Source of the DNA: Dendrobates tinctorius
Taxonomy: Eukaryota
Assembly (NCBI RefSeq): GCF_039654945.1
Contig: NW_027361704.1
Coordinates: 13,516,001-13,580,000 of the forward strand
DNA length: 64,000 nucleotides
Direction: 5' to 3'
The position numbers and the translations under genes are program-made. The stretch's first letter is position 1; each line of letters starts with the position of its first letter. The notes beneath the pieces were generated by a model. That model ran no database searches. It was not told the DNA's origin and worked only from the letters and a program-made list of their open reading frames with translations. Shown here piece after piece: positions 1 to 11,264 of this stretch.

Positions 1-794
1 ACACTGGAGCATTCCAAAGGTGGACATCAGTCACTGGAGCAGCATTTACAGGGCCAATTATACACTGGAGCATTAGAAATGGGGCCCATTATATATGGAG
101 CATTATTTGGGTCCATAAGACACTGGAGCTTCAGCCATGGTGAACAACATATACTGTAGCATTATGTGGAGCTCATCATATACTGTATGGAACAATATAT
201 GGGACCAATGATTCTGTATGGAGAAATATATGGGCCTCATTACTCTGTATGGCACACTATGCGGTGGCCATAATACTGTATGGAGGAATATACTGTCTGT
301 TTTTGGAGCTATTGGAGAATTTAAAATGGATATCAGTCATGTGATGTAAGAATTGAAGTATCTTACATTGTACTGTACCGCTATTTCTCTTCCGTATCAA
401 AGGATCATGAATTGTGTCATGTGTTAAACGAGCCCAGTGACACTCTTTGGCCCTAGGCCCACGAAAATCTGGAGCCAGCACTACCCCCCCACAACTTTAG
501 CCAAATAACCCCCAGTTTTCAATGCCTAACTATTATTATATAGTAAATTAAGGTTTACAAGCTTAAGGAATAAGAATTGATGTTTTTGGCATTAAAATGG
601 GCACTGTAGGTGTGTTTCCTGTCCTCCACTCACTGCCGACTTTTCTTCCCCATTGACTTACCTTGGGTTTCATGTTTCAGTTGGACTTCGACTTTTCACA
701 ATAATCGGCAGATTTCGTTCAACCCGACTTTTGTGAAAGTCGGGTTTCATGAAACCCGACTCGACCAGAAAAAAGGGAAAGTCGCTCATCTCTA
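1..794 (+). mobile_element. 3' terminal part of a hAT DNA transposon, same family as the 23135-30605 element (opposite orientation), cut by the window start
   Basis: 1-790 is the reverse complement of about 23135-23825 (e.g. acactggagcattccaaaggtggacatcagtcactggagc vs 23770-23824). It ends in the TIR gtcgctcatctcta at 794. Confidence 0.85.
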
Positions 795-1206
795 CTCTTG
801 ACATCATTACACGTTTGGTTTTAAAAATATAATTTGAAACATCTCAGCACTGCAGTGTCATTTTTTTGATCAATGAAACTAAATCACTCCAAGATTTGAC
901 AACGTTTCATATTACTGCAGTCCTCCCATTAACATAAAGGGGTTTTCAACTTTATGGGAAGTGGACGCAAATAGAACAATTATCAAGCAGAACAGTTACA
1001 CTCCTAAGGTTTAGCGCTAGCTCTCAGCCACTACTCAAGTCTCTGTGGTTTGGCAGCAGTGGTGATGTCAACAGCTTACTTCACTACTGCAGCCAATCCC
1101 TGGGCTCAGCAATTGACTATAAGTAGTGATGCTTGCTGTCCATATTACGTCACTACTGCAGCCAAACAGACATGAGCAGTGGCAGGGAGTCTGTATTGGA
1201 CCCCAA

Positions 1207-1359
1207 GGGCTCATACTCACTTGCGAGACCGGAGCGTGCGGCTACATGTATTTCTATGCAGTCGCATGCTCCGGTCCGAATGCCGGTGGTAGTGCCAGGT
1301 TTTCATGGGAGAGACTCGCACGAGAATTGTGTGAGTCTCTCGCAAGTGAGTATGATCCC
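1207..1359. mobile_element. Short Harbinger-type MITE
   Basis: 22-bp TIR gggctcatactcacttgcgaga / tctcgcaagtgagtatgatccc (1 mismatch). The interior resembles the MITE at 49648-49816. Confidence 0.7.
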
Positions 1360-1409
1360 TTAAAGGATGAGTATTTTCTTTGTTTATTATGTAAGTTGTA
1401 TAACTCTGC

Positions 1410-1580
1410 CTAGGGTCCACTTTCTTTAAAGATGAAAACCCCTTTAATAACTTTGATTGCTCTTCTCTGCACCTGCTCCAGTTCAGTTCTGTCCCTTTCA
1501 TACACTGTACTTGTATTCCAAGTGTGAGCTGACTAGTGGCTTGATGCAAAACTATGTTTTTATGAGCATCTATGCCCCTC
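1410..1580 (-). mobile_element. Decayed CR1 LINE fragment
   Basis: The minus strand reads ELEQVQRRAIKVIKG-like, the CR1 ORF2 C-terminal motif also seen at 5735-5780. Confidence 0.6.
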
Positions 1581-3854
1581 TGTCGTTTTATTACGGCATA
1601 CGGAACCCCTATGGTTCATAAGCAATTTATCCAAAACCAAGCCTCTTACAAGATATTAAAAATAAATATGAATGCTTTTAATTTGCTGGGGATGAGGGAT
1701 GATCACAACTTCAGATGCCGCGAGATGAGGATTTTTGCGCATTTGGGGGACATTGGGGAAAAATTAAGAGATACGCACAGTCTAAATATACTGTTTTCAA
1801 CATTGAAATTTTAACACTAAAAAGGAAAAATAGTGGAATTATGAAAATCACAGCGTGTCTATTCAACTTATTAATATGCAAATGTTGAAAAAAATGTTCA
1901 AAATATCTAAAAAAAAATTTCAAAATTGAGTATAAGCACCACAAACAAAGACATGCATTTACACTTCATAGCATGTTATCAAAGAAGTTATTTATGGTTG
2001 CTTGAGGAAGGGATATTCTGCCATACTGAATGCACTGTACTTGGGCATGCAATTTACCAAGATCCGCTGCTGGCACCTCTCTTTGTAATTGCCGATCAAT
2101 GATGTTATAGATGTGCAAAAAGGGAGATAACTACAGAACTAAAACAGGCCATAATAGCGTGGGTAGGCATTGTTATATTGATAAACAGATTCAGGGACAC
2201 TTCCATGTTTCCTTTTGAATAGGGCCACCATCAGGGCATTACTGCCCTTACTGCTGTATGGGGCTTGATGAGCAGATGTAAAGAGGGGGTGGACCCAGTT
2301 CGGCCCCCCCCACCTGTGCTTATGCTCACCAGGCTCTAGGGTATTATAAAGTATCATGCTCAGTCGCAGGGAGTCTTCCTGGTGCAGCACAGCCATGAAA
2401 ACTGAATGGACTTGCAGCTCCAAGGGAGTCCGTTCACCTCTTCTGTGATGCACAGGTGACGACACGTACGCAATGACGCCGGCATGTACACGCACCACTA
2501 GGGTATAGAGTGGGGGACAGTGAATGATGTATTGATTTGGGTGAGCACAAATAATGATGATTTAGGGGGTAGTGACAGCAAATAATTAGTGTTGAGCATT
2601 CCGATACCGCAAGTATCGGGTATCGGCCGATATTAGCTGTATCGGAATTCCGATACTTAGTTCCGATACTTTTTTCATATCGAATACCGGAATCGGAAGT
2701 TCCCATAATGCTAGGAGCCCGCTCGATTTGATTCAGCCAATGGGGATCCTCAGAAGTGTGGGCATATCCTGTTAGGCATGTAGGCATGTTAACTACTGGC
2801 ATGGGTGTGATTGGCTGCTGAAATGATGTCATGATGCACTATAAAAAGCGCTGCAGCCACCATTTCTGGTCACTCTGCTGTGAATTCAGTTAGGGACAGG
2901 CTGCTGTTGAAGACTGTGAGGGACAGTTAGAAATAGCGATTCTAAAAACAATATTGTGCTTTATCCAGGCTACATAAACCACCACTGTAGCTTGCTTTTC
3001 CCTAGCAGCGCTGTTTTCACAGCTGTCTGCAAGGGTTGTGTGAGTGCAGACCCACGCTGTGTAGTGTGTCCTGCAGGCACGTCTGCTTGTAGGCCGGCCA
3101 GCGTGTGTCTCTGCCTCATACACATTTTTCTTTTATTGCTGCTTTTTTTTTCTCCTGTATAGTGTGCTTCCATACGTATCCATATAAGTTGGTTGCAAAC
3201 ACTAAAGGAGTGGACAGCGGAGCCTTTCAGCAGCCTTTCAGTGCTATAGCCTATTTCTCTGCACTGTTTTTGGCTGTCTGATAGGTCTCTCTGTGTGTGA
3301 GTGCAGCTCACGTTGCAGTGTGTTCTACAGCCACCGCTAGCTGTAGTCCACTCAGCGTGCGTCCCTGCCTCATACATAGTCCTTTTTTTGCAGCAAATTT
3401 AGCCAGATTTTTGCTCTTATATTAGTGTGCTTCCAACCGCATCCATTGTCATTGGTTGGTTGCAAACACTATATAGGATTAGATAGAGGAGCCTTTTTGC
3501 TGGCTTGTGCCCTTCAGGGCCAGCCAGGCTAGTATCACCCTATTTTTTGGAGCCTTATCAATTGCATCGTAGGTTAGCTTCCTGCATTGTAATCGCTCCA
3601 AAAAGTTTGTGATACTATAGCTTTCAAACTTTGGTCACATCCTTTCCTTTCCCCCCCACCCAAAAAAAAAAAGGAAATAAAGTTCACCAAACACTCCACT
3701 TTACAGTTGTCTAGGCCACATTAGATCATATTAAAGTGTAGAACACACACTCTTAGCCAAATTAGTGTTTCTTATACTGGTTAGCAGGTGTTCAGGAATA
3801 AGAACACTAAGCCACCCCTTTTTTACTTTTCTGCCTATCTATCAGTCTACCAAG

Positions 3855-6800
3855 ATGAAGAAGGCAGGGAGTAAGGCACGTGGTCGTGGCCGTGGAGTTT
3901 CAGCAGGGAGAGGACGGGGGGATTCAGCAGGGAGAGGACGTGGGGATTCGGTGTCTGCTGCGGCCACCAGTGACCCGGCATCCCCCACTTTTACCAGGCA
4001 ACAGTCCTTCATGCGCAGCTTTGTAGGACCTCGCCGTACCCCACTGCTGCGTGACGAACAAATTGAAGCCGTTGTCGGATGGATGGCAGCTAACGCATCC
4101 ACTTCAATGACTTCCGCATCCTCCCAAAGGCCAGAGCACTGAAGAGCAACCATCTGTCTCTTCACCACCTGCCAAATTGCCCAGGCAGTCTGAGAGCCCT
4201 GGACAGGAGCCATCTCAATCTTTACTTCTGTTCTCAGAATCTGTTGGCTTGGAAAGAGGTGGCCAGCCAAGCAGCATTCTAGAGCGTGAAGAAGAGGGAG
4301 TATGCAGTGATGCGCAACTGCTTTGTCCCTCTGAATCTGAAGAGGCGGGTGGGCCAGTGCCTATGGTCAGCACACCTCAGTATGCATCAGATGATGATGA
4401 GACTCAGTTGCCAATTTCTGGTGCGTACGGTGCTGGCGAGACAACCCAGGACCAGCCGGTGCTTGAAGAGGGGAGTGGAGATGATGAGGTCCTTGACCCA
4501 TCATGGCGTTAGCCACAGGAAGGTGGTGGGAGCAGCTCTGAGGAAGAGATTCCCCGAACGGCCAAAAGAGGAGGGAGAGGGCGGGGGCAGACTTGGTTGC
4601 CTGTAGCCTCCACTTTGGCACCCGTGAGGAGCAATCCTCTTCCAAAACACAAAACGGGCGCTCCCAGGACTTGCAGTGCGTGGTCTTTTTTTTGACACAG
4701 TTGCAGATGACATTTGCTTTGTCAAATGCAAGCTGTGTCATCAGAAAGTGAAACGAGGGAAAAATGTGACCAACCTCAATACCACAAATATGTGGAAACA
4801 TGTGCGTACCAAGCACGAGGTGAAGTTACACAGACACACTGAAGATGTAGGCCAACCTTCAGCAGCACCTACCACCTCTTCAGCTCGTGTTGGGGCCTCT
4901 TCCTCCAGCTCACACACAGCTGGTTCGGCTTCCTCACTGGAACGCCATGGAAGAACCACTGCCACTGTTGTCCAGAGACCCAGTGAAATTCCACCCACTG
5001 AACCACGTTCGCAGTCATCAGCACACTCCCAGGCCACTCACCAGCAATCGGTAGCACAGGCATGGGAGAAAAAGCGGCCATACTCGGCAAACCATCCCCG
5101 AGCACTGGCTCTGAATGCCGGCATTGCCAAACTACTGGCCCTTGAGATGCTGTCATTCAGGCTGGTGGAGACTGACACCTTCCGGAACTTTATGTCATTG
5201 GCAGTTCCACAATACAATGTGCCCAGCCGCTTTTATTTCAGCAGGCAAGCTGTCCCTGCCCTGCAAAAGCATGTGGAGGGAAAAATTAAAAATGCGCTAC
5301 TAAATGCCGTCAGTAGCAAGGTCCACCTGACCACCGATGCGTGGACCAGTAGCCATGGACAGGGACGATACCTTTCCCTCACTGCCCATTGGGTCAATGT
5401 TGTGGAGCCGGGTACAGATCTGGAGAGTGGCTCTGTACGTATTCTGCCAACTCCAAGGATTGCAGGAATGCAGTCTGTACATATTGAGTCCTCCTCCTAC
5501 TGGGCAAAACAGTCACTGAAAAAGACCTGGGGGTATGGGTGGACGACAAACTCACATTTAGTGGCCAGAGTCAAGCAGCTGCTGCAAAGGCAAATAAAAT
5601 AATGGGATGCATTAAAAGAGGCATAGATGCTCATGAGGAGAACATAATTTTACCTCTATATAAGTCACTAGTGCGACCACACTTAGAATACTGTGTACAG
5701 TTCTGGTCTCCGGTGTATAAGAAAGACATAGCTGAACTGGAGCGGGTGCAGAGAAGAGCGACCAAGGTTATTAGGGAACTAGGGGGTCTGCAATACCAAG
5801 ACAGGTTATTACACTTGGGGTTATTTAGTTTGGAGAATCGAAGGCTTAGGGGTGATCTTATTACAATGTATAAATATATGTGGGGACAATACAAAGACCT
5901 TTCTAATGATCTTTTTACTCTTAGACCTGTGACGGGGACAAGGGGGCATCCTCTACGTCTGGAGGAAAGAAGGTTTAAGCATACTCACAGATGCGGATTC
6001 TTTACTGTAAGAGCAGTGAGACTATGGAACTCTCTGCCATATGATGTTGTAATGAGTGATTCACTACTAAAATTTAAGAAGGGACTGGATGCCTTTCTTG
6101 AAAAGTATAATATTACAGGGTATATACACTAGTCTCCTTAATATTGCGTTGATCCAGGGAGCTAGTCTGATTGCCGTATGTGGAGTCGCGAAGGAATTTT
6201 TTTCCCCAATGTGAAGCTTACTGTTGCCACATGGGGTTTTTTGTCTTCCTCTGGATCAACATGTTAGGGCAAGTTAGGATAGGATATGGGTTGAACTAGA
6301 TGGACTTAAAGTCTCCCTTCAACCTTAATAACTATGTTACTATGTTACTATGTTACTCTAGTTCCTCGGAATCAGCACTGCGTGAGCCTGTTAGGCCAGA
6401 TATGAGCACAGGTGTGGCCAAACGTCAACAGGCCATCCTTAAATTAATTTCTTTGGGGAATCGGAGCCACACAGCACAGGAGCTCTGGAATGCCATCAAG
6501 CAGGAGAGTGATGTGTGGTTTGTGCCAGCGAATCTCCAGCCAGGTTTGGTAGTGAGTGACAATGGCCAAAATCTAGTGGCAGCTCTGGGCCTAGGCAACC
6601 TCACTCACATACCATGTCTGGCACACGTGCTCAATTTGGTCGTGCAGAGCTTTCTGAGGGACTATCCGGATCTTGATGCACTGCTGCACAAGGTTCGCCT
6701 AGAGTGTGCTCACTTGCGGCGTTCCAGCATGGCAAGATCGCGCATTGCATCTCTGCAACGCCGATTCCGCCTGCCAGAACATCGCATCATATGTGACCTC

Positions 6801-8051
6801 CCCACCAGGTGGAATTCAACGTTACATATGTTGGAGCGGTTGTGTGAGCAGCAGGCAGCAGTAATGGAGTACCAGCTGCATCAGGCGCAAACAAGTCGCA
6901 CTGTGCGCCGGACACACTTCACCACCACTGAGTGGGCCACTATGAGGGACATCTGCCAAGTTTTGCGTGCCTTCGATGACTCCACGCGGATGGCCAGTGC
7001 AGATGATGCACTAATCAGTATGACTGTCCCCCTCATCTGTCTGCTTCAAAAAACCTTACAAGCACTAAGTGAGGAGGTTTTTGAAGAGGTCGAGGATGAG
7101 CAGTCAGAAATGCCATCTGCTTCTGGCAAGTCTGCGCAACGTGCTTCCACACAAAGGCCCAGGCAGGGGACACTTAGTGAGGAGGATGACGAGGAGTCAA
7201 TGGAGGAGGAGGAACACATCTCTCCAGAGGAGGGAGGTACACAAGGCTCTAGTAGTCAGTGTGTACAGCGAGGGTGGGGTGATGCTGAGCAGGCAGAGAT
7301 GCTGCCTCAAGCTGGGGACAGCGTTTCCGGTCCAGTTGGCAGTCTGCAGCACATGGTTGACTTCATGCTGCAGTGCTTGTTAAATGACAGCCGCATCGCC
7401 AACATTCTCCACACGGCTGATTATTGGGTGTACACCCTCCTAGATCCTCGCTACCGGGACAACTTACAAAGCCTCATACCACAGTTGAACCAGGAGCGAA
7501 AAATGTGGGAGTACCAAGAAACACTTGTGCAGGCCATCATGTTCTCCATTCCCCCCACAAGTGTTGCTGGTAGTGCTTTTCAAAGCAGCCATGTGGGTAG
7601 AGGCAGTGGAGGAAGCTCTGCACAAAGAGGTAGCAGAGGCAGTGCCGCAGGACAAGGCAAGGCCAGTATGGCCCAAATGTGGAAAAGTTTTGTGGGACCG
7701 TCACAAACGGCTACAACATCACAGACGGCTCCAGTCAGCAGGAGGCAACGTTTCCGTCAGATGGTGACAGACTACTTGTCGTGCCCTGTTAGTGTTCTCC
7801 CAGACGGCTCTTCCCCGTTCAAGTATTGGGTCTCTAAGCTGGATACATGGCCAGAGCTTAGCCAGTATGCATTGGAGGTGCTGGCTTGCCCTGCTGCCAG
7901 TGTATTATCGGAACGTGTCTTTAGTGCTGCAGGTGGTGTGGTAACAGACCGTCGCACGCGACTATCCGCCGATAATGTTGACCGGCTTACTTTTGTGAAA
8001 ATGAACAAGGCCTGGATCTCACCTGAATTTGCCAGTCCTCTTCCAGAATAA
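3855..8051 (+). pseudogene. Disrupted hAT (ZBED/Ac-like) transposase
   Basis: RG-rich N-terminus MKKAGSKARGRGRG, BED finger (KCKLC...MWKHVRTKH), HLTTDAWTS, CLAHVLNL, PTRWNST, C-terminal PAASVLSERVFSAAG dimerisation motif. There are frameshifts or a stop at about 4140, 4510 and 4680, plus a CR1 insertion at 5501-6356. Confidence 0.93.
5498..6357 (+). mobile_element. 5'-truncated CR1 LINE inserted in the hAT-1 transposase
   Basis: ORF 5539-6132 has CR1 ORF2 C-terminal motifs ([33 protein letters not shown]). The 3' UTR ends in a (ctatgtta)n octamer tail, and tact is present at both junctions. Confidence 0.93.
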
Positions 8052-8084
8052 ATAATTGGCTGGCAACAGGATCCAGGTCTCCTG

Positions 8085-9790
8085 TTGTGTTCATGTTTCT
8101 ATGACCTGAACTTTATTTCCTGGGCTACAGCAACGCCCGTTGTTGCTCAGAAGTGCTGTCCGCACAGACAAAACACTCGCTCATGTGTAAGTGGGGTTCG
8201 GTAACGTCAGCTGATCCCCTGCTGTGTGTATGGCAAAGTGTCCTGCTCCCTCCACAGTCAAACAACCTCAGATTTACACCTGGCTCCAAGTAGGCCTCGG
8301 CCTACTACCTCATTTTCCCTGGGCTCCGACAATGCCAGTTGGTGCTCGGAAGTGCTGTCCGCACAGACAAAACACTCGTTTATGTGTAAGTGGGGTTCGG
8401 TAACGTCAGCTGATCCCCTGCTGTGTGTACGGCAAACTCTCCTGCTGCCTACAACTTCTGACTACCTCTGATTTAATATGTTCTCTGATTTGCCCTCTGT
8501 CTCCACTCTGTTTTGAGTATTTCCTCCGGCCTACAACACCGCCTGTTTCTGCTCTCAAGTGCCGTCTGCACAATCCACACTTGTTCCTGTGGTACCTGGG
8601 TCCTGTAACATCTGCTCATCTCCAGAGTTGAGCACGGCAATGTCTCCTGCTTTGTCTACATTCCCACTACTTGTAGTGGAAATGTGGACAGAGCAGGAGA
8701 CATTGCCTGACTCCCCTCTAGGGAGAAGCTGCTGTTACAGAACCCCAGTAACACAGGAACAAGTGTGGGTTGTGCAGATGGCATTTCAGAGCAGCAACTG
8801 GCGTGGTTGGAAGCCAGCGGAAATACTCGAAACAGAGTGAAGACAGAGGCCTAATTGGAGTATGTTGACAGTTAGTAGTAGTCTAGAAACAATCGCAAAC
8901 TGCCACCAAGTAGGCCTCGGCCTACTACCTGATTTTCCCTGGGCTCCAACACCGCCAGTTGGTGCTCAGAAGTGCTGTCCACACAGAAAAACACACTCGT
9001 TCATGTGAAAGTGGGGTTCGGTAACGTTAGCTGATCCCCTGCTGTGTGTATGGCAAAGTGTCCTGCTCCCTCCACAGTCAAACAACCTCAGATTTACACC
9101 TGGCTCCAAGTAGGCCTCGGCCTACTACCTCATTTTCCCTGGGCTCCCACAACGCCAGTTGGTGCTCCGAAGTGCTGTCCACACAGAAAAACACACTCGT
9201 TCATGTGAAAGTGGGGTTCAGTAACGTCAGCTTATCCCCTGCTGTGTGGAGGGCAAACTGCTGCTGCCTCCAAATTGTAATTACTTCAGATTTAAACATT
9301 CTCTGATTTGGCCTCTGTCTCCACTCTGTCTCTAGTATTTCCCCTGACCTCCAACACCGCCAGTTCCTGCTCACAGTTGCCGTCCACGCATTCCACACTT
9401 GTTCCTGTGTTCCTGGGGTTCTGTAACGTCAGCAGATCCCCCAATATGTGTCCGTCACTGTCTCCTGCGCTGTCCACCTTCCCACTGCAAGCGGTGGGAA
9501 TGTGGACAGAGCAGGAGACAGTGGCAGACACAAATCAGGGGATCTGCTGACATTACAGAATCCCAGTAACACAGCAACACGTGTGGATTGGGCAGACGGC
9601 TGCTGTACGCATAAACTGGCGGTGTTGGTGGTCACGTGAAATCCTGGAAACAGAGTGGAGACAGATGCCTAATTGGAGCACGTTGACAGTCTGTTGTAGC
9701 CTACAAACAATCTAAAACTACCACCAAGTAGGCCTCGGCCTACACCATGATTGTCCCTGGGCTCCAACAACACCAGTTGGTGCTCGGCAG
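8085..9790 (+). repeat. ~820-bp tandem duplication built from ~200-bp units, each copy containing a long inverted repeat
   Basis: gtaggcctcggcctac recurs at 8290, 8910, 9110 and 9728. Hairpin centres lie at 8671 and 9489. Confidence 0.85.
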
Positions 9791-10860
9791 TGTCTTTGGC
9801 ACGGGGACTCCCTGTTGCCCAGCCTAATTCCAGCACGCCTGCTGTTTCCGGGTAGTGTCAAGGTCACTATGCCACCAATCCGTTGTCCTGTCGTCTTGCG
9901 GCCGGGTTAGCCGACTCTACGGTGCCTGCAGTTTAGGTGACTCCTATGTGGGCTGCGGGAACTGGCACTGAAGGCTGGATCCGTAGTGCCAATGGGACAT
10001 GGACCCCCTGTAGGACTGTGGGTTTCGGTAACTGTGGCCGGCTTGCGGCCTGGCTACTTTGCTTTCAATGGGTACCTTCTGCTACCCACCCGGGTTCCAG
10101 CACTGTCTGCTGGTTCTCGCCAGAGCCTTTGGCCTAGGTGCCTCCATCTCGGTATCCGAGGTCCAGCACCGTCAGCTGGTCCTTGGTAGTGCTTTCTAGC
10201 ACAGGTACCTCCTGCCTAGTAACCGTGGTCAGAGCACAGTCAGCTGTTCCTCGGTAGTGCCATTGGCTCTTGTAGCTTTTGCTACCCATCTGGGTTCCAG
10301 CACCGTCAGCTGGTTCTCGGCAGTGTCTTTGGCATGGGGACTCCCTGTTGCCCAGCCTGGTTCCAGCACGCCTGCTGTTTCCGGGTAGTGTCAAGGTCAC
10401 TATGCCACCAATCCGTTGTCCTGTCGTCTTGCGGCCGGGTTAGCCGACTCTACGGTGCCTGCAGTTTAGGTGACTCCTATGTGGGCTGCGGGAACTGGCA
10501 CTGAAGGCTGGATCCGTAGTGCCAAATGGGACATGGACCCCCTGTAGGACTGTGGGTTTCGGTAACTGCGGCCGGCTTGCGGCCTGGCTACTTTGCTTTC
10601 AATGGGTACCTTCTGCTACCCACCCGGGTTCCAGCACTGTCTGCTGGTTCTCGCCAGAGCCTTTGGTCTAGGTGCCTCCATCTCGGTATCCGAGGTCCAG
10701 CACCGTCAGCTGGTCCTTGGTAGTGCTTTTTAGCACAGGTACCTTCTGCTTAGTAACCGTGGTCCAGCACCGTCAGTTGGTCCTCGGTAGTGCCATTGGC
10801 TCTTGTTCCTTCTGCTACCCATCCGGGTGCCAGCACTGTCTGCTGGTTCTCGCCAGTTTC
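9788..10860 (+). repeat. 533-bp tandem duplication with ~67-bp internal periodicity
   Basis: cagtgtctttggca at 9788 and 10321. The ccagcacygtcwgytgg motif recurs at 10097, 10163, 10297, 10631, 10697, 10764 and 10830. Confidence 0.9.
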
Positions 10861-11192
10861 TCAGCCTTCTTGTACCTTCTGCTACATTTCCAAGATCAAG
10901 CTTTTTGAAATTGTCTTTGGTAATCCTTATTGATCTCCAGGACGATGACCCTGATGATGACGACCCTGAAGACCACACCAAAGAAGACCAGAAATATGAC
11001 CCTAAATAATAAGACCAAGAGGACAAAGAAGATGAAGACAACCACCAAGATACAGAACAAAAGACAGAGGAACAAGAAGCAGAAGAAGCAAAAGCAGAAG
11101 AACAGAAAGCAGAAGAACATTAAGCATAAGACAAAAAATCAGCATAGAAAAAAAAATCAAAATTATAAGCAGAAGACAACTAAGCAGTAAAT

Positions 11193-11264
11193 GGGGGCGA
11201 GTCCGTTCCTCCTCGTGGTGCCCCTGGAAAATGCCTGCTGCTGCAGGCCAAACTGAACGCGGAC
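11193..11264 (+). ncRNA. Candidate HDV-like (delta) self-cleaving ribozyme
   Basis: P1 GGGGGCG/TGCCCCT with G1-U wobble, P2 GTCCGT/GCGGAC, P3 CC/GG, L3 TCCTCGT, GG for P1.1, P4 GCCTGC/GCAGGC, J4/2 CTGA (CNRA). P3 is one base pair short of canonical and J4/2 has 2 extra nt. Confidence 0.6.

Noticed and set aside
6300-8051. 583-aa ORF as an intact domesticated ZBED gene
   Set aside because: It begins in the CR1 tail, lacks the BED finger and first catalytic D, and lies inside a TSD-bounded transposon.
9955-9990. Weak likeness to a 28S rRNA segment (ctggcactgaaggctggatc)
   Set aside because: Only about 20 nt with several mismatches and no colinear extension.
8085-10860. CRISPR-like repeat-spacer array
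   Set aside because: Eukaryotic context. The intervening sequences are homologous to each other rather than unique spacers, and there are no cas genes.
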